Source: an uncultured Pelagibacteraceae bacterium
Lineage (GTDB): Bacteria > Pseudomonadota > Alphaproteobacteria > Pelagibacterales > AG-422-B15
Direction of reading: 5' to 3'
DNA: 64,000 nt
Assembly: GCA_902604225.1 (NCBI GenBank)
Contig: CACKXV010000002.1
Span: 8,799 to 72,798, forward strand
Positions 1 to 8,917 of this stretch are shown here, in pieces. A model generated the notes under the pieces. That model searched no databases. It saw only the letters and a list, made by a program, of their open reading frames with translations, and was not told the origin of the DNA. The position numbers and the translations under genes are program-made. The first letter of the stretch is position 1; the number at the start of each line of letters is the position of its first letter.

Positions 1-355
1 TTTGCTCTTCAGTTCCAAGAGACTGAATCAAAGGAATTGCAATATTATGTGAAAGTAAACTTGCAGAAACACCGCCACACCCTTGAGCAAATTCTTCTGC
101 GGTTACAATACCGTGGAATATATCAATGCCTTCTGTAGTACCACCGTATTTTTCATCATAACCCATGCCCATCAGACCAACCTCGGCGGCTTTTTTGTAT
201 AATTCTCTTGGGAATTCTCCTGCTTCTTCCCATTCCTCTACAAATGGGGCTATTTCTTTAGCTACAAACTTTCTAACTTCATCTCTCCAAGCGTGATGGG
301 AGTCATTATAAAATAAAGGTTCTTTTCCTTCTGCTATTCCAACTTTTGGTATCAT
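1..355 (-). CDS. acyl-CoA dehydrogenase, N-terminal part (rest of gene lies beyond the window start)
   Basis: Own translation of the minus strand from ATG at 355-353: MIPKVGIAEGKEPLFYNDSHHAWRDEVRKFVAKEIAPFVEEWEEAGEFPRELYKKAAEVGLMGMGYDEKYGG... This is a typical ACAD N-terminal domain. ATGA overlap with the stop of the upstream MaoC gene. Confidence 0.8.
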   Translation of the reverse strand, partial: MIPKVGIAEGKEPLFYNDSHHAWRDEVRKFVAKEIAPFVEEWEEAGEFPRELYKKAAEVGLMGMGYDEKYGGTTEGIDIFHGIVTAEEFAQGCGGVSASLLSHNIAIPLIQSLGTEEQ

Positions 356-1200
356 GTTATTTCACTCACTCCATTCTTAATTACAATTTTGTCTCGCTCT
401 TTTACTTTAGATTGATAGTAAACCTTACTGCCGTTTTTCCACATTTCAGTAACGATTGTTTCACCAGGATATACAGGGGATGAAAAACGGCAATCAAATT
501 TTTTTAACTTTTTAGCATCACCCTCACATACGCTTTCTACGAGTGAGCGGCACGCTATACCATAAGTGCACATGCCATGAAGGATAGGCTTTTCAAATCC
601 TGCAGTCTTTGCAAAATTAGGATCGGAGTGTAGCGGATTAAAATCACCTGAAAGTCTAAAAATCAAAGCTTGGTCAGGTTTAGTCTTAATTTCGTGAACA
701 AAATCTGGATCGCCTTCTGGTCTAAATATTTCACTTTTTGGAGATTCTGGACCTCCAAACCCTCCATCACCTCTCGCAAATGTGGTACTTACAAGTTTAC
801 AGATTTCAGTACTATCTTTTTTTAGTTTGATTGTAGTCTCCACATCTATTACCGCACCTTTACCTGCACCTTTATCATAGCAACCTATTACCTTAGCATT
901 AGAAATAAAATCTCCCGATACCGGTAGGGGATTTGTAAAAGACAGTTTTTGCTCACCATGCACTACTAAAATGAAATTTATGTTTGCTTTTAAAAGTAGA
1001 GGCGAGTGATATTGAAAATTTGTTGCCATTGATGGCAATGCAACTTGTGAGTTTTCATAAACATATTTTAACTCTGCCATATTCATCGGATCATTACCTA
1101 GACCAACTCCAAGGCTATAGAGAATTGAATCCTTATCAGAATAAGAAATTTCAACATTCTCAGATGTCATAGACATTATTTCATCGTAATTAATAGGCAT
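352..1200 (-). CDS. MaoC-like (R)-specific enoyl-CoA hydratase / double hot-dog dehydratase
   Basis: 282 aa. C-terminal hot-dog with FNPLHSDPNFAKTAGFEKPILHGMCTYG (MaoC dehydratase motif). Sits in a beta-oxidation context. Confidence 0.85.
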   Translation of the reverse strand: MPINYDEIMSMTSENVEISYSDKDSILYSLGVGLGNDPMNMAELKYVYENSQVALPSMATNFQYHSPLLLKANINFILVVHGEQKLSFTNPLPVSGDFISNAKVIGCYDKGAGKGAVIDVETTIKLKKDSTEICKLVSTTFARGDGGFGGPESPKSEIFRPEGDPDFVHEIKTKPDQALIFRLSGDFNPLHSDPNFAKTAGFEKPILHGMCTYGIACRSLVESVCEGDAKKLKKFDCRFSSPVYPGETIVTEMWKNGSKVYYQSKVKERDKIVIKNGVSEIT

Positions 1201-1259
1201 TTTTTATGTATTTTAGTACGTTTTAAATATATATATAGTTTATATAGTTCAAATATTTA

Positions 1260-2129
1260 ATGCGAGTAAAAAATATGTCTAAACCATTTGATGTCGAAAT
1301 AAACAATTCTATAGCTCATATAAGGTTCAACAGGCCTGAGAAAAGAAACTCAATGAATGAGGATTTTTGGAATTTATTTCCTAAGGAAGTTGAAGAATTA
1401 GATAGTAGCGGTGAAATCAGAGCCTTGGTCGTTTCTTCAACAGGTCCTCACTTTTCATCTGGCATAGATTTGAATATGTTTAAGGATGATGTGGTTGAAA
1501 ACCAAAGTGAAAATGAACTTGGAAGAAGCAGAGGCTACTTCTTACAACAACTACATTATTTACAGAACGCGGCTACTTGTTTGGAAACAGCTCGGTTTCC
1601 AGTGATAGCAGCAGTTCAAGGTGGATGCATTGGAGGAGGAATAGACTTAATCACTGCAGCTGATATTAGATTGTGCACAAAAGATGCTTTCTTTTTAATA
1701 GAAGAAATAAATGTTGGGCTTGCTGCAGACATTGGCACTATTCAAAGACTACCCAAAATTATTCCTGCTGGTATTGCGAGAGAATGGACAATGATGGGAG
1801 AGAAAGTTTCTGCGGATAGAGCAAAAGAGGTAGGACTTGTAAGTTCTCTGCATGAAAATCATGAAGAAATGCTGGATACTGCATTTAAAATTGCTGAAAG
1901 ACTTGCTTCAAAAACACCTTTAGCTATGTGGGTTACTAAAGAAGTTTTAAATTATTCTAGAGACCATTCGGTAAAAGAGGGATTAGAAAATGTAGCATTA
2001 TGGAATGCGGCGACCCTTCACAAAGAAGATGTGATGAATACCATGATGGCAAAAATGCAAAAAAAAGATCCTGAATATAGGAACTTAAGGAATAAAAATT
2101 TCCTAAAACGTAAATCTGATAAGCAGTAA
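1260..2129 (+). CDS. enoyl-CoA hydratase/isomerase (crotonase) family, dienoyl-CoA isomerase (ECH1)-like
   Basis: Crotonase motifs FSSGIDLNMF and GGCIGGGIDLITAADIRLCTKDAFF..EINVGLAADIGTIQRLP. An alternative ATG at 1275 is possible. Confidence 0.85.
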   Translation: MRVKNMSKPFDVEINNSIAHIRFNRPEKRNSMNEDFWNLFPKEVEELDSSGEIRALVVSSTGPHFSSGIDLNMFKDDVVENQSENELGRSRGYFLQQLHYLQNAATCLETARFPVIAAVQGGCIGGGIDLITAADIRLCTKDAFFLIEEINVGLAADIGTIQRLPKIIPAGIAREWTMMGEKVSADRAKEVGLVSSLHENHEEMLDTAFKIAERLASKTPLAMWVTKEVLNYSRDHSVKEGLENVALWNAATLHKEDVMNTMMAKMQKKDPEYRNLRNKNFLKRKSDKQ

Positions 2130-2147
2130 ATCAGATATAAAATTTAA

Positions 2148-3017
2148 ATGAGATTTAAAAAAGGAATTATTCTTGCCGCTGGTAAGGGAACTCGACTGTT
2201 CCCATCAACTGAAGCGGCATCAAAGCCTTTACTACCTTTGTATGACAAGCCATTGCTTTATTATGCACTGTCTAATTTAATGCTTGCAGGCATTAGGGAA
2301 GTATTATTTATTTCACGTAAGCAGGATATGCCGAGTTTTAAAAAACTGTTTGGCACAGGTAATCAGTTAGGTATGCGTTTTAAATATTCTTTCCAGGCGA
2401 AACAGAAAGGTATACCAGATGCAATAAATGTTGCTAATAACTTTATTACTCAACAGCCATTTGTCCTAGCCTTAGCGGACAATCTTTTCATCGGAGAAAG
2501 TTTTCAAAAAACACTAAAGCAAGTGCAATCAATAAATTCGGGTGCAGCAGTCTTAGCCGTAAAAACCAAATATCCCTCAAAATCTGCAGTTATTGATCTT
2601 GGAAAAAAAGGGAAAATCAAATCAATTATTGAAAAACCAAAGAAACCTAAAAGTAATTTAACCATACCGGGATTATATTTTTATGACTTCGAGTCTAAAT
2701 CGGTAGTTAGAAAACTTAAACCTTCTAAAAGAGGAGAGTTAGAAATCGTTGATGTACATCTTGCATATTTAGAGAAACAACTGCTCAATGTATTCCCACT
2801 CAAAAAAGATATAAAATGGTTTGATACAGGCGATGCCGCCGAAATGCTTGAGGCTTCTAATTATGTTCAAAGATATCAAAAAAATAAAAAAACCCTAGTG
2901 GGCTCAATTGAATTAATTGCCCTAAAAAATGGCTGGATTTCAAAAAAGAAATTCAGTTTAATCATTAGTAAATATCCAAATTCGCAGTATAAAAAAAATC
3001 TTCAAAAGTTTAGTTAA
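2148..3017 (+). CDS. sugar-1-phosphate nucleotidyltransferase, RmlA (glucose-1-phosphate thymidylyltransferase)-like
   Basis: N-terminus GIILAAGKGTRLFPSTEAASKPLLPLYDKPLLYYALSNLMLAGIREVLFIS closely follows the RmlA G-x-G-T-R-L signature region. No rmlBCD genes are nearby. Confidence 0.75.
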   Translation: MRFKKGIILAAGKGTRLFPSTEAASKPLLPLYDKPLLYYALSNLMLAGIREVLFISRKQDMPSFKKLFGTGNQLGMRFKYSFQAKQKGIPDAINVANNFITQQPFVLALADNLFIGESFQKTLKQVQSINSGAAVLAVKTKYPSKSAVIDLGKKGKIKSIIEKPKKPKSNLTIPGLYFYDFESKSVVRKLKPSKRGELEIVDVHLAYLEKQLLNVFPLKKDIKWFDTGDAAEMLEASNYVQRYQKNKKTLVGSIELIALKNGWISKKKFSLIISKYPNSQYKKNLQKFS

Positions 3018-3019
3018 TA

Positions 3020-3517
3020 ATGGATCGACAAGGTTTAATTGACTTACTCAATAAGAAATCTATTCGATTTAAATTAACTGAACACAAACCATTATTTACA
3101 GTGGAAGACTCAAAAAATTTAAGAGGTCAGATCGAAGGAGCTCATTCAAAGAATCTCTTCTTAAAGGATAAAAAAGATAATTTTTATTTAGTTAGCTTCA
3201 TAGAAGATATTGTTGCTGACCTTAAGAAAGCTGCAAATCCACTAGGCTCAAAGAAACTATCATTTGCCAGAGAAGAATATCTTTTGCAATATTTAGGCAT
3301 TAAGCCAGGTTCTGTATCGCCATTTGGATTATTAAACGATTATGAAAAAAAAGTTAAATTCTTCTTTGACTCGGAATTTATGAAATTTGATATCGTCAAT
3401 TTTCATCCGCTAGTTAATACTGCAACTGTTTCCATAGCACCAAGTGATCTGATTAATCTTATTGAAAAGTATCATTCAAAAGTAGAATTTATTAATATGC
3501 GTCAATTTCAAAAATGA
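3020..3517 (+). CDS. YbaK/ProX-type aminoacyl-tRNA editing (deacylase) domain protein
   Basis: 165 aa. HKPLFTVEDS..HSKNLFLKDKKDNFYLV..LSFAREEYLLQYLGIKPGSVSPFGLLND..FHPLVNTAT pattern of prolyl-tRNA-synthetase-associated editing domains. Confidence 0.75.
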   Translation: MDRQGLIDLLNKKSIRFKLTEHKPLFTVEDSKNLRGQIEGAHSKNLFLKDKKDNFYLVSFIEDIVADLKKAANPLGSKKLSFAREEYLLQYLGIKPGSVSPFGLLNDYEKKVKFFFDSEFMKFDIVNFHPLVNTATVSIAPSDLINLIEKYHSKVEFINMRQFQK

Positions 3518-3518
3518 A

Positions 3519-4046
3519 ATGAAAAAAGCAAAATTCATTAAAACAAAAAAAAGTATTGATACTAGTGTATTTAAACTTCAGTTAGATGAAGTTATTTGGG
3601 TTAATGGTAGAAGGGCCACAAGAGATGTTATTCGCCACAATGGGATAACTGCTATAGTGCCAATTGTAGATAAGAAATATATTATCTTGATTAAGCAGTA
3701 TAGGTATGGAGCTGACAAGATCATGTTAGAAGTGCCGGCAGGAACGATTGATCCTGGTGAAAAACCATTACAATGTGCAAAACGTGAATTAATTGAAGAA
3801 ACTGGTTATCATGGAAAGCAATGGAGACTTATAGGCAAATACTTTCCTACCCCAGCTTATAACACTTGTATTATTCATTCATATTTAACACATTGTTATA
3901 AACAAACAGCAACAAATTTTGATGATGATGAGGTCTTAGAAACAAAAATCTTCTCAGTAAGCGAAATAAAAAAAATGTTAAGAAATAATAAGTTTTCCGA
4001 TATTAAAACTTATATAAGCCTAGAGAGATTTACTAAATATTATTGA
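3519..4046 (+). CDS. NUDIX hydrolase (ADP-ribose/sugar-nucleotide pyrophosphatase-like)
   Basis: Nudix box GTIDPGEKPLQCAKRELIEETGY. Confidence 0.85.
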   Translation: MKKAKFIKTKKSIDTSVFKLQLDEVIWVNGRRATRDVIRHNGITAIVPIVDKKYIILIKQYRYGADKIMLEVPAGTIDPGEKPLQCAKRELIEETGYHGKQWRLIGKYFPTPAYNTCIIHSYLTHCYKQTATNFDDDEVLETKIFSVSEIKKMLRNNKFSDIKTYISLERFTKYY

Positions 4047-4477
4047 TTAAGTATTTTCCAGATACCTGAAGCTGACAAAATAATTTTATCTTTAGAAATC
4101 AAGTTTCCTTCTACAAATACAAGAGATTTCGTTGTTTTGGTAACTTTCCCGTCACACTCAATAATGTCATCTTGAAGACCTGGGCTTACAAAATTACAAT
4201 TTAAAGATATAGTACTGCAAGGTTTCTTTCCACACGCAGTAAACACCATTGAGCCTAAAAAAATATCTGCTAATGACATTGAGTATCCACCATGTGCAAT
4301 TCCATGAGCATTTAAGTGTTTGTCTAAAATTTTTGTAATGAATTTAAAGTTTCCGTCATCTTCTTTTTTGAAATACATTGGTCCAATGAGTACATCAAAA
4401 CCTGCATGCCACCCAAGTTTTTTATAACCTTCTGGAACCCAGTTAGGAAGAGACATTTCTGTTTTAAGCATTACCAT
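4040..4477 (-). CDS. PaaI/hot-dog fold acyl-CoA thioesterase
   Basis: 145 aa. AHGGYSMSLADIFLG motif typical of PaaI-type thioesterases. Its 3' end overlaps the convergent Nudix gene by 7 nt. Confidence 0.75.
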   Translation of the reverse strand: MVMLKTEMSLPNWVPEGYKKLGWHAGFDVLIGPMYFKKEDDGNFKFITKILDKHLNAHGIAHGGYSMSLADIFLGSMVFTACGKKPCSTISLNCNFVSPGLQDDIIECDGKVTKTTKSLVFVEGNLISKDKIILSASGIWKILNQ

Positions 4478-4667
4478 TTTAGATTCGTGTGTTGTTAAGA
4501 ATGCGAATTTTTAGCCTCGTAATTAAATCTGGTCAAGCATAATAAAGAAATTTATATGCCAAAATATGAGGCTATTTTAAGCGTCTTTAGATATATTAAA
4601 TTTTAACTTTTTTTTTCATATAAAAAGTTTATGTTACGTTTTTTAATATTTTCAGGGAAATAATCGT

Positions 4668-5849
4668 ATGAGAGAAGCTGCAATAATATCAACTGCCAGA
4701 ACTGGTTTAGCAAAAGCTATGCGTGGTGGATTTAATAAAACTCATGGAATTACGATGGGCGGCCATACTGTAAAACACGCAATTAAAAGAGCAGGAATAG
4801 AATCTGGTGAAGTAGAAGATATTATATTTGGTTGTGGACAACCTGAAGCCGCAACTGGTCATAACATTGGAAGAAATGTAGCGATAGCTGGCGGATGTCC
4901 TGTTACTGTTCCTGGTACTACAATCAATAGATTTTGCTCATCAGGACTTCAAAGTATTGCTGTTGCAGCTCAAAGAATTATTGTTGATGGTATCAAAGTT
5001 GCAATAGGTGGTGGAGTTGAGTCAATTTCAATGACACAGCAGAACTTAAATATGAAATACCTGATAGAGCCTGAATTGCAAAAAATCTGTCCTGCTTTAT
5101 GGATGCCAATGATTAATACAGCAGATATTGTTGCTGATAGATACAAAGTAAGCAGGGAACAGCAAGATGAATACTCACTTCAGAGTCAACAGCGTACAGC
5201 TGAAGCGCAAAGCGCTGGAAAGTTTACAGATGAAATCGTTCCTTTGAAAACAAAAATGGACGTTATGAACAAAGAAACAAAAGAAGTTACTGAGCAAGAA
5301 GTAACAGTTGATAAAGATGAGTGTAACAGACCTCAGACAACTTTAGAAAGTTTAGCTGGACTCATGCCAGTCATGGGACCTGATAAATACGTTACTGCAG
5401 GTAACGCAAGTCAGTTATCTGATGGAGCATCATCGTGCGTATTAATGGATTTGAAAGAAGCAGAAAAAAGAAACATTGAACCAATGGGAATTTTTAGAGG
5501 ATTATCAGTCGCAGCTTGTGAACCGGATGAAATGGGTATTGGTCCAGTTTTCGCTGTGCCAAAATTGTTAGAACAACACGGCTTATCCGTTGATGATATT
5601 GACATTTGGGAACTAAATGAAGCTTTTGCTGTTCAAGTATTATATTGCCGTGATAAACTTGGAATCGATAATGAGAAGCTGAATGTTAATGGTGGTTCAA
5701 TCTCAATTGGACACCCATACGGTATGACAGGTTCACGTATGACAGGTCATATTTTAATTGAGGGCAAAAGAAGAAATGCAAAATACGGTGTCGTCACAAT
5801 GTGCGTTGGCGGTGGCATGGGAGCGGCAGGACTTTTTGAAATTTTATGA
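4668..5849 (+). CDS. acetyl-CoA C-acyltransferase (3-ketoacyl-CoA thiolase)
   Basis: Thiolase signatures NRFCSSGLQSI (active-site Cys), NEAFA, and GGSISIGHPYGMTGSR..CVGGGMG at the C-terminus. Confidence 0.93.
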   Translation: MREAAIISTARTGLAKAMRGGFNKTHGITMGGHTVKHAIKRAGIESGEVEDIIFGCGQPEAATGHNIGRNVAIAGGCPVTVPGTTINRFCSSGLQSIAVAAQRIIVDGIKVAIGGGVESISMTQQNLNMKYLIEPELQKICPALWMPMINTADIVADRYKVSREQQDEYSLQSQQRTAEAQSAGKFTDEIVPLKTKMDVMNKETKEVTEQEVTVDKDECNRPQTTLESLAGLMPVMGPDKYVTAGNASQLSDGASSCVLMDLKEAEKRNIEPMGIFRGLSVAACEPDEMGIGPVFAVPKLLEQHGLSVDDIDIWELNEAFAVQVLYCRDKLGIDNEKLNVNGGSISIGHPYGMTGSRMTGHILIEGKRRNAKYGVVTMCVGGGMGAAGLFEIL

Positions 5850-6217
5850 TTGATACGATAAAATACATTGAGAAAATTGCTTTAGTAATAATTATTTTTG
5901 CGACAGTTATTGCTATTGGTTATGAGATTTTCGCAATGTATGAGAAATCGCTTGTTGAATTAGCTGATCTATTGTTACTATTTATTTACTTAGAAGTTAT
6001 TCAAATGATCAGAGAGTATTGGACGCTCAATAGGATCAGAATAAGCATTCCATTGTTTATTGCAATTACTGCCGTAGCTAGATTAATTATACTTCAAGGT
6101 AAGACAATGGATCCTAGCATGTTATTATATGAGGGTGGCGCAATACTGCTCATTGCAATTGCAGTGCTTATTCTAAAAGCGAGAAAACTAAAGATGTTTT
6201 CTGATGTTGAAGACTAA
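5846..6217 (+). CDS. small integral membrane protein (possibly PsiE-family)
   Basis: 123 aa with about 4 hydrophobic helices. LLLFIYLEVIQMIREYW resembles the PsiE family core. ATGA overlap with the thiolase stop. Confidence 0.4.
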   Translation: MIDTIKYIEKIALVIIIFATVIAIGYEIFAMYEKSLVELADLLLLFIYLEVIQMIREYWTLNRIRISIPLFIAITAVARLIILQGKTMDPSMLLYEGGAILLIAIAVLILKARKLKMFSDVED

Positions 6218-6635
6218 AATATTTAACTATTTTCAAATATTAATCTTATCCATCGTAATTCAGAATGGTGCGTATGCCATTACTGCATCAGATGAGGATG
6301 AAATAATATCAGTGGTAAGTGCACAACTGCAGGCATTTCAAGATGATGATTTTGAAAAAGCATATTCATATGCTTCTCCAACAATTAAAACCATCTTTTC
6401 TGATTATAAAAAGTTTAGAGATATGGTAGTGGGTCAATATCAAGCTGTGTATAGACCAAAAAGTATAAACTTTGGAAATGTTACAACCCAAGGGGGGACC
6501 ACTTTTCTCGAAGTCTATTTAGTTGATCCAGATGGCATATTTGTAACTGCAATTTATACGATGCAACAGCAAGAAGATGATAGCTGGCTTATTAATGGCT
6601 GTTTTCTCAATCAAGCTAAGAGTGATCAGATCTAA
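6204..6635 (+). CDS. secreted DUF4864-like protein
   Basis: Signal-peptide-like N-terminus (..IQNGAYA/ITA). VVSAQLQAFQDDDFEKAYSYASPTIKTIFSDYKKFRDMV..YRPKSINF matches my memory of the DUF4864 pattern. Confidence 0.5.
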   Translation: MLKTKIFNYFQILILSIVIQNGAYAITASDEDEIISVVSAQLQAFQDDDFEKAYSYASPTIKTIFSDYKKFRDMVVGQYQAVYRPKSINFGNVTTQGGTTFLEVYLVDPDGIFVTAIYTMQQQEDDSWLINGCFLNQAKSDQI

Positions 6636-7880
6636 TTAAGATGATTTCTCAATAATTTCTTGATAAAACTTTAAACTGTTTTTACTTTTTCTTTCAAGAG
6701 TTTCTCTATCAACTCCAATAAGTCCAAATCTTGGCTTATATCCATACAACCACTCAAAATTATCAAGGAATGACCAATAATAATAACCTCTTATATCGAG
6801 GCCATCATCAATACAGCGTTGAAGACCCTCTAGTGCTGTTTTGACATAGCTTATTCTTTGTTCATCATCATCGGTACCAATTCCATTTTCAGTCACAATC
6901 ATTGGACAATTAATTTTAGGCGCTACGTATCTCAAAACATTTTCAAGTGACTCTGGATAGTATTCATATCCCATCACGAGCATGGTTGAATTATTTGTAT
7001 TAGGTTTAATAATTCCTTCAGGACCATATGTATGACGCGTGTATGTTTGTATGCCTATAAAGTCATCATTTTTTACCTGTTCCAAGCAAATGTCTACAGA
7101 CTCGGCATGAGCTTTATCTCTCATTGCTTCCCCACCATCAATACATTGGTAATCCATAATTGAAAGTGTGATTCCAACTGGTTGATTTTTATTCAAGTTA
7201 CCTTTAATAACTGGAAATGACTTTACGTGAGCCTCCATCATGCAATCTCTTATTTTGAATGGATGTCCAAACAAAAAAGGTCCAAAGTTTTCAAGGCTTG
7301 AGCCGCATGTTTTTGCTGCTTCACTAACAAAAGGCATAATGGTTTTCATTCCACCCTCTGGATAGCTAGGAAAACTATGAGCAAAACAAGAGGTTAGGTT
7401 TGCCTCATTAATCGTACATACTGTATCCATATAATCGTCCAACTCTTTTGATACTTTTTCTGAGTATCGAACAAATAAATCTACGTTATTCTGATTTTCC
7501 CAACCACCTCTTGCAGTAAACCATAATGGCGATGTAAAGTGTTGAAGGGTTACACAAGTTTTCAAGCCTTTCTCTCTACAATAACCTAGAACTTTTTTGT
7601 AGTGATCTATTGCCTCTTGAGAAAATTCACCTTCACTGGTTTCAATTCGAGCCCATTCAACTGATAAGCGATAAGCTTGAATAGAATGATTAGCCATAAT
7701 ATCGATATCTTCTTCATATTTATTCCATTGATCACAAGCAATACCTGAAGGTTCAGCAAATGTTGTATCTTTAGTATGTTCTAAGTGCCAAAAATCTGAA
7801 TTAGTATTGTTTCCTTCAACTTGATGTGCTGCAGTTGCAGTACCCCATATAAAATCTTTAGGTAAATTTTTTAACATCAT
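6636..7880 (-). CDS. glycoside hydrolase family 1 beta-glucosidase/beta-galactosidase
   Basis: GH1 motifs: TINEAN (acid/base Glu), IVTENGIG (nucleophile Glu), YYYWSFLDNFEW. No signal peptide, so probably cytoplasmic. Confidence 0.9.
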   Translation of the reverse strand: MMLKNLPKDFIWGTATAAHQVEGNNTNSDFWHLEHTKDTTFAEPSGIACDQWNKYEEDIDIMANHSIQAYRLSVEWARIETSEGEFSQEAIDHYKKVLGYCREKGLKTCVTLQHFTSPLWFTARGGWENQNNVDLFVRYSEKVSKELDDYMDTVCTINEANLTSCFAHSFPSYPEGGMKTIMPFVSEAAKTCGSSLENFGPFLFGHPFKIRDCMMEAHVKSFPVIKGNLNKNQPVGITLSIMDYQCIDGGEAMRDKAHAESVDICLEQVKNDDFIGIQTYTRHTYGPEGIIKPNTNNSTMLVMGYEYYPESLENVLRYVAPKINCPMIVTENGIGTDDDEQRISYVKTALEGLQRCIDDGLDIRGYYYWSFLDNFEWLYGYKPRFGLIGVDRETLERKSKNSLKFYQEIIEKSS

Positions 7881-8908
7881 ACGAATTTTGCCTTTTTATA
7901 ATTCTCTAATATCATTTTTTTGAACTCTTCTACTTTATCATTTTTCACCAGTGTTACAACAGCACCTCCAAAACCAGCCCCCGTCAACTTTGATCCTAAC
8001 GCGCCAAAATAATTAGACAGGTTTACTAATTCATTCAATTCGTCAGTTGAAACACCATAATACTCAGATAGAGAAGAGTGACTTTCTGTCATCAGTTTCC
8101 CAAACTCATTAGGATTATCATCTTTAAGGAACTGAACAGCTTTTTTGACTCTTATATTTTCCTCTATAACATGTCTACATACTTTGAACTCTTCATCAGA
8201 TAATAATTTAATCTCTTTTTCGCTTATAAATTCTTTTTCACACAGATTTTTTAAATCCATCTTCTTTGCTGCACTAAGGCACAGCTCTTTTTTTTGATTA
8301 AACTCACTGTTTGATAAAATTCTTTTAGTATTACTATCAATAATTAGAAAATTATAATCATCAAAAATATTAACTAATTCGTAAGATCTACTAAGAGTAT
8401 TTAGATATAAAGCTTGTTTGCGATTACCTAATACAGAAGCAAATTGATCCATTATGCCACCACCAACTCCTACAAAAATATTTTCAATGCCATATGCCAA
8501 ATCGATAAGTTCATCATCAGACATATTTTTTTTATAAAAATTATTTAGAGCCTTTAAAGTACTTACTGTTATTGCAGCCGAGGACGAGAGTCCAATTCCT
8601 AATGGAAGTGTGCTGCTTATTTTAAAAGACAGTTCTTTGATTATAATTGAATATTTCTTACCAAAGAATAGACATGAGCCAATTATAAAATCTGCCCAAT
8701 CGTCTCTTTTTTCTAATTTTTCAATTGATAATGTTTTTTGGTACTTGTCTGAGGCTATGGAAATACAATCAATTTCAGGGTTCTCACTTAATTCGCAGAT
8801 TATTGAGTTTTTTATCTGTAAAGGTAATACACATCCTCCATTATAATCTAAATGCTCACCAATTAAGTTTACTCTCCCGTAGCCTTCACCAACTGAGACT
8901 GCTTTCAT
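7877..8908 (-). CDS. galK: galactokinase (GHMP kinase)
   Basis: Galactokinase signature GRVNLIGEHLDYNGG and GHMP motif PLGIGLSSSAA. ATGA overlap with the downstream GH1 gene. Confidence 0.85.
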   Translation of the reverse strand: MKAVSVGEGYGRVNLIGEHLDYNGGCVLPLQIKNSIICELSENPEIDCISIASDKYQKTLSIEKLEKRDDWADFIIGSCLFFGKKYSIIIKELSFKISSTLPLGIGLSSSAAITVSTLKALNNFYKKNMSDDELIDLAYGIENIFVGVGGGIMDQFASVLGNRKQALYLNTLSRSYELVNIFDDYNFLIIDSNTKRILSNSEFNQKKELCLSAAKKMDLKNLCEKEFISEKEIKLLSDEEFKVCRHVIEENIRVKKAVQFLKDDNPNEFGKLMTESHSSLSEYYGVSTDELNELVNLSNYFGALGSKLTGAGFGGAVVTLVKNDKVEEFKKMILENYKKAKFV

Positions 8909-8917
8909 AATTTGATC

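Noticed and set aside
984-1172. Short opposite-strand or overlapping ORFs from the track (e.g. 984-1172, 5411-5605, 8610-8910, 11785-11991, 13759-13995, 14784-15032, 19046-19243, 20231-20464, 21446-21702, 22185-22463, 24778-25293, 28424-28612, 42402-42701, 44547-44735, 49488-49703, 49928-51451, 52490-53096, 55022-55279, 56793-58184, 59450-59873, 60602-60799, 61305-61553, 63110-63853)
   Set aside because: Each lies wholly inside a longer ORF on the other strand or in another frame that has clear family motifs. Their products are low-complexity and lack start signals.
4512-4574. 7-bp inverted repeat TAGCCTC...GAGGCTA in the 190-bp thioesterase/thiolase spacer, considered as a regulatory hairpin or riboswitch
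   Set aside because: The arms are separated by 49 nt of AT-rich sequence with no supporting helices, and I recognise no riboswitch consensus.
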